Part shown: in pieces, positions 23,831 to 35,073 of the stretch
Numbering within the stretch: position 1 is the first letter of the stretch
How the letters are laid out: the number at the start of each line of letters is the position of its first letter
Origin: Azolla caroliniana
Taxonomy: Eukaryota; Plantae; Polypodiophyta
Assembly (NCBI GenBank): GCA_043228905.1
Contig: JBHGNT010000006.1
Coordinates: forward strand, 11,284,001-11,348,000
Length of the DNA stretch: 64,000 nucleotides
Direction: 5' to 3'
Notes under the pieces: generated by a model
Seen by the model: the letters and a program-made list of their open reading frames with translations, nothing else
The model's database searches: none
Told to the model about the DNA's origin: nothing
Translations under genes and position numbers: made by a program

Positions 23831-25436
23831 ATTTCTGTGTTGATTTCGCTCTGATACCACTTGTCGAGAACTGAAACGCTCCCTATACGAAACGCTCGGC
23901 CACAACCGAGCTTAGGATCATACACAGAAAATGGGAAATAAAGAACAACACAATGGAAGAGAAGAGTACGCAGGATGTTTAACGTGGAAAACCCCAAACT
24001 AGGGAAAAAACCACGGCAGCCCACAGGCTGCAAACTATCACTAGGTTAGTATGTACAACAGTGAGTTCACTGAGGCAACGACCTCGTGCTCACAGATCTT
24101 CGCCACAGGCGGCGGTTACTACAAAGGCAGCGACCTCTTTCTCTCTCTCACTCTCTGTACAGTTACGCACTCTCTCTCTTTTCTTGCACCAACAAGAAAC
24201 GACAACACACAAAAAGTTTGCCCTAAGTCATATTTATACTAATATGACTTTTCGGCTATTTACAAATATAGCCTCGATGGACTCTCAGAAACATATTTAC
24301 GAATATGTCTCTTCATCCGGTTCATACTGGGTCTGCACCATCTGGCTCTCCGTAGCCGGGTACTCCTCATCCGGTTCATACCGGGTCTGCACCATCCGGC
24401 TCTTCGTAGCCGAGTACTCCTCATCCGGTTTTGGTCTCGGCCGAGTTTGTTCATCAGCACTGTTCTTCTCCCTTCCCATCCGGAGGGACCTGTCTCCCAA
24501 CATTTTCCCACGCTTCATTCGGCATCTTGGCTTCTCAAATGTAACCGAGCATGTGGTCGTGAACACATGTCGCCAAACAATACATCACGCGGCTTGCAGC
24601 TTGCTCCCATGTAGCGTATCCGCGAGCCGCTTTGGCGGGTCGGTCTTCATGCGCTCCTTTGATGTAGCTCCAATAGCCTTGTTCGACAAGGCATTGGTGC
24701 ATCTTGTACTCCCAAGATGCGAAGTTGTTTCGATCCAACTTCTCAATAAGGAGAGCGCTCCCCATTTGAGTATTCATTATGTCGATTCTTCTTCTTCTTC
24801 TTCTCTCTTCGAATGCGAGCTATGTAGCGAAGCTACAATAGCGATGTTCCGGTTCTTGGTCGTCGGCGTGGAGCACAACACACGATCACGATGAGGCGAA
24901 TGGGCTAGATCGAGCTACCAAATTGCTCTGATACCATGTAAAGAATCAAGAGATGGATTCTTGTGAAGCGGAATAGATGTGAACTGTGTGTGTGTGTGTG
25001 TATGTGTATGAGATAGAGAGAGAGAGACACAGAGTATACGCAAGGTTAAGTATATTAGCAAAGGAGAAAGACTCAACATTATACAAGGTGGGTGGAGGGT
25101 GCTTTATGTAGTCACCCTCTCTCTTCATTAACTACAAGACTCATGGAGCATGGGGAATGTGAAAATTCATAAGTTATGTGTCATAGAATATGATTCTATG
25201 ACTCATACTAAATGCTAGAATACAAAGTGGTGACTTAATGGTGACTCTTGACCGTTGGAGTGTCTATTCACTCTCAAGGTGAGTTCACACACTAGACCAA
25301 GTTGAGCTTGATTCTAAACAATACTAAATGCTAGAATACAATATGGTAACATAATGGTGACTCTTGACCGTTGGAGTGTCTATTCACTCTCAAGGTGAGT
25401 TCACAGTCTAGACCAAGTTGAGCTTGATTCTCAACA

Positions 25437-27052
25437 AGACATATGACCAAGTCAGCCATGCCATTAGTTTGGGTCGGTCTTTTCGGCTATGTTGACGGCC
25501 CCTTCTGGATTGATTGCTATTAATGGGTACAAGTTATTGTACTTGTGCCCACCTCCTATCTTCAGGTCTCCTCGGCTGATCATCGATGCCAACTCACTTA
25601 TAGTCATTTGATACCTGTCTTCGGCTAGCATACCGATCGAGACCAAACTCCTTTTTCAGATCGAGTATGTGTCGGACTTGGTGCAGGATTATTGTATTGT
25701 CGTTTGGTAGTTGAATTGGTACTTCGCAACCTCATGCTATTCTGCACTCCTGCCCATTACCTAGTCGTACTGTGCCACTGATGCCGATAGAATAGTTTGG
25801 AAACCACTCGATGTTTGGGGTCACGCGAAATGTGGCACCAGAATCCATTAGCCACGTGTGTGCCTCTTGTGCACTATAGAGGACTTCTCCGATCATTGAA
25901 TCCTCTAGGGAGAGAATTTCTCCTGATCGGGTGTCCACAACGTTGATTTGGCTGCTGACTGAAGAGTGGGCTGAATCAGGTCGTCCTCAATTTCGCTCGG
26001 ATCGCCGACCACTCTCTTTCGTCTTGATCGACCAACAGTTGGAAACATTGTGACTATCTGTTCTGCAGTATGTGCATAATTCACTTGATCGGCCTGTTCT
26101 CGACTTCGACTGTTGTTGGTCTCCGCTTGTCTTCGATTGGTTGGTGTTTCGACCGGTTCTATCGGCATGCTCTCTTGATCGACTAAATCTGTTGATCGGC
26201 TTAGTCGAGTGGTGGGCTTCTGCCGACTCATCGATGGTGAGTCCCATCGATTTTCGCCAAATGTCCTCGGTGAGGACTTGGCCGATTGTCCTATCTAGAT
26301 TTAGGATCAGTTGGCTATTGGCGTAGGTTGTGCAGAATACCTCCCAACTCTCCAACAAGCTCGATAGGAGGGCAAGGGCTTTCACTTCTTCTTTGAAGTT
26401 GATCCCTTGTGAGGAGAGTTCTAAAAACACACGACTGAAGGTGTTGATGTGGGAGGTAGCCGAATCGGTCTCTCTCATCTTCATGTTGAATAGTTGTTTG
26501 ATCAAAATCCGTTTTGAAGATGAGGACTTTTTCTCATAAATGGCTTGTAGCTTCTCCCACACTGAGAACGTTATCGTCTCTTTTGCCATGTTGAAGTAGA
26601 CATTTTCGGCCAAATGCATTCGGATGGTGGAGCGTGCGATTTTCTATGTAGATCTCCACTCTTCGGCTGTCAATGAGGCATGTTTTTCACTGTGTTGAAT
26701 GGATTCGACTTGTCTTCTGATGATTAGCAGATTCTACATCATCTCCTTCCATAGGGCAAAGTTTTTGCCTGCAAATTTTCTGATTTCAACTCTTGTTCTG
26801 GATGTTGAAGCCATGTTCTTCTTCGAAAGTGAGATTTTACTGACCTAGTCTTTTTCTTTTCAACTTTTTTGTTGTTTGTTTCCGCCGAGCAACAAGTCGC
26901 TCTAATACCAGTTGAAGCGAGTATGTGTGTGCGGAAACGTATATGTCAAGACCTGTGGTATGTGCTCAACAAACTACATAGATGATAGCAAGAAGTTAAA
27001 CAGTGAATATACACGATCTAAGCTTTAATGGAAGCTCTAATTATTGCGTTCG

Positions 27053-27091
<39 letters not shown>

Positions 27092-27334
27092 TCTGAGACT
27101 CGATACAAGAGTGATCAAGAGATCTTTCTTTACAATGTTAGGTTATCGTTTATATACTTAGCCCTAACTCTTTGGACGAGTTCACACTCAGATACAAAGT
27201 GGAAGGAGTCGGCCTTTTATGCCAACATTATCCTGGCACATTCTTGCTTGCTTGTTGAACCCGGGTTGACATTAGCTAACCACCTACCAAACTTGACCTG
27301 CTTTCATCTTGGGGCCTGACCCACTTAATCCTCA
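25437..27334 (-). mobile_element. 5' part of an older Tork-like copia element, family D (host of B2)
   Basis: Degenerate gag 25987-26814 (KFAGKNFALWK...WEKLQAIYEKKSSSSK) and protease WLMDSGAT at ~25830. PBS TGGTATTAGAGC at 26899-26910. Probable LTR at ~26913-27334 containing a (GT)n tract. Confidence 0.8.
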
Positions 27335-27434
27335 TCGTTGAGGGCGTGCTTGCTTGCTAGGGCACTCAACCACAATAAAGGGAGCGAAGCTTTCACGACT
27401 TCCCACAGTGTGGCAATTACTCTCACAAACAGGG

Positions 27435-30400
27435 TGTTGAGCGGCAAGCTCAATTGGAGCCGGATCGGCTGAATAAGCATGAGCCGGTGAGCGAGACGGA
27501 TCGGTGAGCCAATGAGCACCTAGTGAGCAAAAGAGCCGGTGAGCTGGGGAGCCAGTTAGCCGGATCCAGCAGTAAACGGAAGCCTAGTAATAGCTTAGAT
27601 TACTAGGTAGTTATTGTCTTGTAGTTAGTGTCAAACTCTCGTGTGAGCATTGAAGTACGTTGTACTTCTGTCAGTCCCATGGGGACTTGTATAAATAGTG
27701 TTGTTAAGCACGCTGTATGCACAGAGTGTTGATATAATTTTTGAATTTAGATTCTTGTTCTGCTCTCTCTGTCTCTCCCGAGTACTCTCTGTATTCTGTG
27801 TATTATTCTCTCTCTCTCTGCTGCTACACAACCAAGTTGTTGTCTTATGCTTCCGCACATATGTTTTAACATGGTATCAGAGCACGAGGGTTGAAGACCT
27901 TGAAGCCGACATTTGCTTTCGCAAGACAAACCCTACAGGTTATGAGAACAGAACAGTAGACAGAGAAAAAATATAGATAGAGGTATGGCGAGTTCACTTC
28001 ATACAGAGAAGGTTGAGCGGAGGAACTACGTGTCCTAGTCATACAAAATGCACCAGTACCTACTGGGGCATGGGTATTGGAGTTTCGTGGAAGGAATGAA
28101 TGAGGTAGCACCAGTGCCTGCACACAAGGACTTCCCGCTATGGGAGCAAGGAGCGAGCCGAGTATTATACTACCTCACATCCTGTGTGCACGACCACATG
28201 CTCGACTACATCAGGGATGCAAAGACGCCAAAGGAGGCCTGGGAAAATCTGCGTAAGATTTTCACCACAAGTACCACAACCCGCAAGTTGTAGCTCCGGC
28301 AAGAGCTGAACAACATCCGACAAAGAGATATGTCGGTTACAAACTACACCACCAAAATAAAGGAAATTTGCAATGCGCTCAGGTCCATCAACGTGACGGT
28401 GGACGAAGACGAAATGGTACAAATCTGCCTTGGTGGTCTAGCACAAATGTACAGGCCAATCCGGACAGCGATCTGCACCCAAGAGAAACCACCGACCTTC
28501 TTCAACTTGCAATCAATGCTGATGGTCGAAGAAAACCACGCGAGTGGGTCCAGGACCACTCAATCAAACAACCGGATGATGTACACGGAGGCGGATGGGT
28601 CCCGTGGGCATGGGGGACGAGGTGGGTCGACACGCACTGGAGGCGGTCAGCAAGAGCAGGAAAGAAGGCACAGAGAATGTGCCGATAGCAGTTCCGAGAC
28701 TTCCACAAGTAGGGGGAGTCGAGGCGGCGCCGGAGGCCGGCAAGACAAATCCGCCACGGAATGCTGGTACTATGGCAAAAAGTGCCACAGAGAAAGCGAG
28801 TGCTAGAAGAAGCATGCCGATTCAGATAGACCTGGATCCGACAAAACCGGTCGGGAGAACTGGCAATACTCGCACTACGCAGAAGGATCGGGAGGATCCA
28901 AAACTAGAAAAGCCGGTAAGGGGCCAACCTTGGTGATGAAGCACGAGGCAAATTCGATGAAGAAGACCACTTCCAAATCGGAGGAAGTATGGTATGTTGA
29001 TTCCGGTGCGTCGAATCACATGACGAGCCACAAAGAGTGGTTCTCCTTCTTGGAGAAACCGGAACAACCGGGGGTTGTCGAAACCAGAGACGACACTCCT
29101 CACGCAATCGTGCATGTCGAAGAAGTCCCTTTGAGCCACGTCAGATAGAGGTGGAAGCTGATGAACGTATTACACGTTCCGACTATCACGAAGAACCTGG
29201 TGTCAGTCGGTTAGATCGTTGACCAGGGGATGCAGGTGCGGTTTACACACCTCGGGTGCTTCATTGAGGATGAGGGCCAGATTATTGCGCAAGGGCGCTC
29301 TCGTAGTGTAATTCCCACACTACGTGAAAAATTACATTTTGGTCTGTCCGGATAGGACATGGAGTACCCGGTGAGAACCGGAAGAAGGAACTGGTAAGGA
29401 CCGAAACCGGTAAGGAGACCCGACAAGAGCTGGATGAAGAAGGCCGGTGAGAGTCGGTGAGAAATGGACAAAGAGATCGGTAAGGAGGTCCCGGTAAGAA
29501 CCGGACAAAGAAAACTAACAAGCACCGGATGAAGCAGAACCGGAAAGAGCCGGATGAAGAAGGCCGGTGAGAGTCTCTCACCGGATGAAGAGAGATATTT
29601 GTAAATAGAAGAAAGCATAAAACTATATATTACATGCATAGGGCAAGAATCGAACCTTGCACCTCCATGTTAATAATGTTAAGCCTTATCCTTATACTAG
29701 CGTATTATGAATTTTAAAGTTATACTAAACTTTATCCCATGTAAAATTTCTAGACATGCATGGTACAAAAAGTTATTCATGCATAGACACTCGAGTTAAA
29801 AGAAAAGATGAGATAGGAAGCTAATCATGCACATGCAGTGTGCATGAAAACTAAAGATAGGAAAAGCATGATGCTTGCATGTGATAAACTTAGACTCTTC
29901 CAACACTATATAAGGAAGAGAGAAAGATGTATAGAGGTTGTTGATTATTTTACAAGGGTTGATTAATATAATATAATCGTGGGATCCACGAATTTGCTAA
30001 CTATTATTCTCTTAATTTGAGTACTCACTAATACACTATACTCATGGGATTCACAAGTTTTTCATATCTTTCTTTCTCACAATATATTTCACATTCTTAA
30101 TTGCCTTAGAATTTTCCTTCCTCCTAGTCCAAAACCCCAGTGGTTCCCACCTGACTCACGCAACGATCCGGAGCCGAAAGGCACGACAGCGCAGAGATGG
30201 GAGGATGTTCATCCTTGACACCAATGACGTCGGCACCACTTTATTCGCCAAAAGACAGAAGATCAAATTGGACATCGACTTGTGGCACAAGAGGATTGAC
30301 CATGTCAATTACCGGAGGCTTCAAGACCTGCAGACGAAACAAGTTGTTTTCGGTTTGCTGAGGTTCAGTGGCCGGAAGGCCCAAATATGTGAAGCCTGCC

Positions 30401-33400
30401 AGCTAGGGAAGCAACACTGGGTTGCATTCCCCACCGAACGAAACTGTAGCCGTAACAAGCTTGACCTTATTCATTCGGATGTACGGGAACCGGCACAGAA
30501 CATGAGTCTTGGCGGGAGTCAATACTTCGTCTCCTTCATCAACAACTATAGCCGGCACACATGGATCTACCTCATTGAGCGGAAGAGCGAAGTGCCTGTG
30601 GTCAGATGGCGGAAAAGAATATTTTTCCGGCCAATTCAACAGCTATCTGCAGCAAACAAGAATTCGGAGAGAGTTCAGCTGCAGATACACACCGGAGCAA
30701 AACAGTTTGGTCGAAAGGAAGAACCGGTAGCTTATTGACGTGGCAAGGGCAATGCTGGAAAAGAAGAGCATGCCCCATTTCTACTAGGCGGAGACGGTCC
30801 GGACAACCGTCTACATTCAGAACTGGATCGGTGACAAGGTGTCCGCGCATGAGCTGTATTTTGGGCGCAAGCTGAATTTGAGACACCTTTGGATATTCGG
30901 CAACATAGCATATGTGCAAGTGCTAGATGAGAAGCGGAGGAAGTTGGATGCAAAGTCGGAGAAATGCATCATGGTCGGTTACTTGCATGAGCAAAAGGGG
31001 TATAAGTGTTATAACCCCCGGACGAAGCAGGTCCGAGTTAGCCGCGATGTCGAGTTCAATGAAACGACATCATGGTACTCCTTACCAACTTCGACTTCCG
31101 ACCCCGACCCGATGCCGGAGGATGAGGCTAGTGAGCCTGAACCGGCCCAAGTAGAAGATGATGAATCCGGGACTCAAGAAGAGAGTCCGGAATCATTTCA
31201 GTTGAGTGGGCCGAATAAGAGACTGGGTCAATCCGACCAGTCAGATGAGGAACCGGCGAGTAGTGAAGACTCTGTCATGCTCTCCCCGCGCAAGGAACCG
31301 AGGAGACGGTTCACGCGCAAAGAAAAGGGGAAGAAGAGGATGCCGGAATACGAAACCGGCAACGATGAGTCGGATCGGAGCGAATCCAATTCCGGTATGA
31401 AAGAAGGCGGATCCTCGTCAACAAAGACCGCACCGGGCAAGAAGGGCCTCAAACCGGGTAACGTTGAGTTACGCCAGTCAACCTGACAGAAGGAACCTTT
31501 TAAGCGGTACGGGTACAATGAGTACATGGTGCATCACTATGCGTACATGACCAAGGTGGCGGAAGTGCGTGAGCCGGAGAGCTACGTAGAAGCGGCAAAG
31601 GACGCAAATTGGCATGCCGCTATGGAGGATGAAATGCGGGCACTTGATGCCAACGACACATGGGACCTAGTTGACCCTCCCCGACACTATAAACCGATTG
31701 GATGCAAGTGGGTGTACAAAGTAAAGTACAACGCCGACGGTTCAGTTAACTGGAAAAAGGCCCGGTTAGTGGCGAAGGGATCACGCACCGGTTGCGTAAG
31801 GTGGGGTTTGCGGCCTCCAAGTCCGACTCTTCATTGTTCATCCGGCAAGGTCCGGACGGTCCGGTTTGCATCCTGCTATATGTTGATGATCTAGTCATCA
31901 CTAGACCTAGACTCGATGAAATCAGCCAAGTCAAGTCCCAGTTGTCGAATGTATTTGAGATGAAGGACCTAGGCGACCTTCACTATTTCCTTGGGATCGA
32001 GGTGATCCGAACCCCCGACGGCATATTGATCTCACAAAGACACTATGTGTTGAATATGTTGTACAAGTTTGGCATCATGGAATGCCGACCGATCTCCACA
32101 CCCCTAGACCGGAACCAGAAGCTCTGTCCTGACTCTGAACCGGCCTGCGATGAGAAACGGTTTCGACCAATCGTCGGAAGCCCTATATATTTGACAATCA
32201 CCCGACCCGACATCAATTATCCGGTCAACGTGATCAGCCAATATATGCAGAAGCCGACCGTGGAGCACCTTTTGTGCGCGCATCAAATTTTGCGATATGT
32301 GAGCAGCACGAAGGACCGGGGACTGTTATACCGGCATGATAAAACCGAAGAGCTAGTCGGCTACACCGATGCCAACTGGGCCGGCAATTCATCGGATCGC
32401 CGATCCACCTCCGGCTATATGTTTTCCCTAGGTAGCGCGGCTGTTGCATGGAGCAGCAAAAAGCAGCTAACAATGGCTCTATCGAGCACTGAGGCTAAAT
32501 ACCGGGGCGCTACTGTTGCCACCTGTGAAGCCATTTGGCTTTGGCGACTGCTGCAAGACCTGCGGATCGAGGTGCCGACCCCGATCTTGATCTACTGCGA
32601 CAACATAAGCAGCATGCAGCTCGCCAAGAACCCCGTATTCCATGCTCACACAAAGCACATAGAAGTGCACTACCACTTCGTGTGTGAGTGTCCTGAGCGG
32701 TGAAGTCGAACTTTGGTATGTTCATACGGATCGGCAAGTTGCCGACATCTTCACCAAACCGCTCGGATCGGACAAGTTGCAGCACTTCACGAAAATGCTT
32801 GGTGTTCAGCATCTTGACGTGCCACACTTGAGGGGGAGAATGGGCAAAGACACCAGAACGGGCAAAGGCAAAGAAACAGTTGATTGCGCCGGTGAGGGAG
32901 GAACCGACAAAGGGGGAGACAAGAGGAAGAAAGGAGCCGAGTCGATAAAGGAAGTTGACACATCCGAACAAGTCGGAACAAGCGGCAGCGGCGGCAGAGT
33001 CAAGAAGGACAAAGCCGACCGGAAGAAGAAGGCCAAGACCCGGACATGGTCCGATGTGGTGAAGGGCCTAGAACCGGAAGACGAATTGGGAGCAACCGAT
33101 TCGGACAAGAGCTGGAACGAATCGAAGACAACCGATTCGGTTCAATAGATGGATTCAGAAGAACCGGATTAATTCAAGGCCAAGAGGACGAGATGGCAGC
33201 AAAAGTCGATGCCAACACGAAGGAATCGGTAGGTCGAGAAGCGCCAAAGTCACAACAGCGAGGGAGCTAAATTGGGCCTGTTGAGCAGATGAGCTAACCA
33301 AGAAGGTCGAGGTGCGCAGAACAAGAGGGGTCGCGGAAAATAGAACCGGACCGGACGAGGAGCGCGAGCGAGGCGGAGCGATGCCAGAAGGAACCGGGTA

Positions 33401-33900
33401 GAAGGACTGGTTGCCACAAACGTTGACACTAAGACCGGACCTCAAGTTGAGCTTGAGGGGGAGTGTTGAGCGGCAAGCTCAACTGGAGCTGGATCGGCTG
33501 AATAAGCCTGAGCTGGTGAGCGAGACGGATCGGTGAGCCGGTGAGCACCTGGTGAGCAAAAGAGCCGATGAGCCGGGGAGCCAGTTAGCCGGATCCAGCA
33601 GTAACCGGAAGCCTAGTAATAGCTTAGATTACTAGGCAGTTATTGTCTTGTAGTTAGTGTCAGACACTCGTGTGAGCATTGAAGTACGCTATACTTCTGT
33701 TAGTCCCATGGGGACTTGTATAAATAGTGTTGTTAAGCACACTGTATGCACAGAGTGTTGATATAATTTTCGAATTTAGATTCTTGTTCTGCTCTCTCTG
33801 TCTCTCCCGATTACTCTCTGTATTCTGTGTATTATTCTCTCTCTCTCTGCTGCTACACAGCCAAGTTGTTGTCTTACGCTTCCGCACATATGTTTTAACA
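27435..33900 (+). mobile_element. Copia family A copy A2, degenerate, with internal deletions and a solo-LTR insertion
   Basis: 437-bp LTRs at 27435-27871 and 33464-33900. PBS at 27872-27883. PPT GAGGGGGAG. Near-match TSD CAGGG/CAAGG. gag ~27985-28806, protease 28930-29290, integrase 30205-31486, RT with a deletion near 31780, RNase H to ~32830. Confidence 0.94.
29299..30188 (+). mobile_element. Solo LTR (family F, probably gypsy), copy 1, with 4-bp TSD GCGC
   Basis: Termini T(C)TCGTAGTG...GGCACGACA. GCGC at 29295-29298 and 30189-30192. The host A2 sequence rejoins exactly when compared with A1. Homologous to 55184-56002 and 56355-57115. Confidence 0.85.
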
Positions 33901-35073
33901 CAAGGTATGCTGGTTTCACTGTTATGAACCAGTTATTGAAAAATTGTTCACACGCTTGTGGGGCGAAAGGCCAGAGGAGGAGTCCTTTTCCCTCTTCTTG
34001 TGGTCCTTCGGACTTCAACAATGGAACGACGGAGTCGTAGCTCTTTGATTCACCCCTACGCACAAGTCATCCCCGTATTTTGCCACATACATGAGTTCGG
34101 TTCTCCAAGGCCTCTATGGAGAGCTCGATTCAACCTACTCGTGGCTAGATCAATCAGTTTCGAATCAAATAAAAACAACGTCAAAGATTCAACCTTGTTG
34201 CGCCTACACCTAATGGCTTAAGCCGTTGTTCCCATTCACTCGCTGACCCATTATGCAAAAGGTATGTCGTTAGGGTGCAAAGTGCTAAAGCAAGAGCTGA
34301 CAACGTGAAGCTTCGCTCAAGGGTTCACATATGCGAAAATTAGTGGTTTTGCCTTTGAAATGTGGAACACTTTCTCAGCTTCGCTCTTCCGACTGATAGT
34401 TTGCATCGGATTTCAGGTTTTCTATTGCATTCCCAACATACGGCGGGGTCTTTTCACTTTTTCCTCATGGTACTTGTGGTACACTATCAGTCATTGAGGA
34501 ATACTTAGGCACGAGGGTGGTCCCCCTTAGTCACGTAAAGAGATCATTATTCAAACACACTATCCGCATTTTGTAATGGTGATCAAACTTGCCAGGAAAG
34601 ATCTACGGGGCTATCACTTTCTTTGGCTAGACCTTCCAACATTTTCAGAATTCCTTGAGGAAGGGTTCCCATCCTTCCCTCTACTGCAAGTTCTCCCCCA
34701 CATGGGGCCAAGGAAGGCGGCCGGCCCTTCTAGGGCCCCTTCCCTTTTCTTTGCCTAATACGCTTTCGCTTGTCGCGACTAACAGAGTCTCCATTGATTT
34801 CCTTTCCTTTAGCTACAATGATGTTTCAATTCGTTAAGTTTCTCAAGTTCGAGGCAGAGCCGCAACACACACCATGCCCAACAAGCTTGAATATGGTTTC
34901 CCGATTGGAAACCCATGGATCACAGATGATATCTCCCCATGGCCTTTCGTCTTTGGAAGTGTCCTTCCCTCTCAATGCCCATGCATCCATCCAATGCATG
35001 CTTTTCGATGCAATAGGAGTTGAACCTACCGAACATTGTACAAAATCTTAGTGAGTGTTTTGCGATCGCCACT

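Larger units (their letters stand above)
19188..24502 (-). mobile_element. Full-length Ty1/copia (Tork/Tnt1-like) element, family C, inserted in B3 gag
   Basis: LTRs 23862-24502 (641 bp) and 19188-19882 (695 bp). TSD TTTTC at 19183-19187 and 24503-24507. PBS at 23848-23859. PPT AGGGGGA adjacent to the 3' LTR. Confidence 0.95.
13838..25320 (-). mobile_element. Full-length copia family B copy B3, inserted in the 5' LTR of B2; carries two family C insertions
   Basis: LTRs 24937-25320 and 13838-14225. TSD ATACT at 13833-13837 and 25321-25325. PBS at 24925-24936. PPT GAGGGGGCG next to 14226. gag at 24535-24777 and 18480-19187, integrase 16990-17850, RT 14998-15852, RNase H 14434-14990. Confidence 0.94.
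10398..25436 (-). mobile_element. 5' part of copia family B copy B2, with tandemly duplicated gag-protease. Its 5' LTR is split by B3, and it is cut on the left by A1.
   Basis: PBS at ~13567-13578. LTR halves at 13579-13837 and 25321-25436. Two gag/protease/pre-integrase units at ~11835-13430 and 10398-11835. Confidence 0.88.

Noticed and set aside
24061-24894. 277-aa ORF and other ORFs with SSSGSxxxCTIRLSVAGY repeats (16648, 19711)
   Set aside because: They are antisense read-through of LTR repeats and gag. The 54-bp unit keeps frame by arithmetic, and there is no sign of a real protein.
30140-30188. Hammerhead ribozyme at the family F LTR end (CTGA...GAAA)
   Set aside because: It lacks the CUGANGA core and the three-stem arrangement; only a small GCC-GAAA-GGC hairpin is present.
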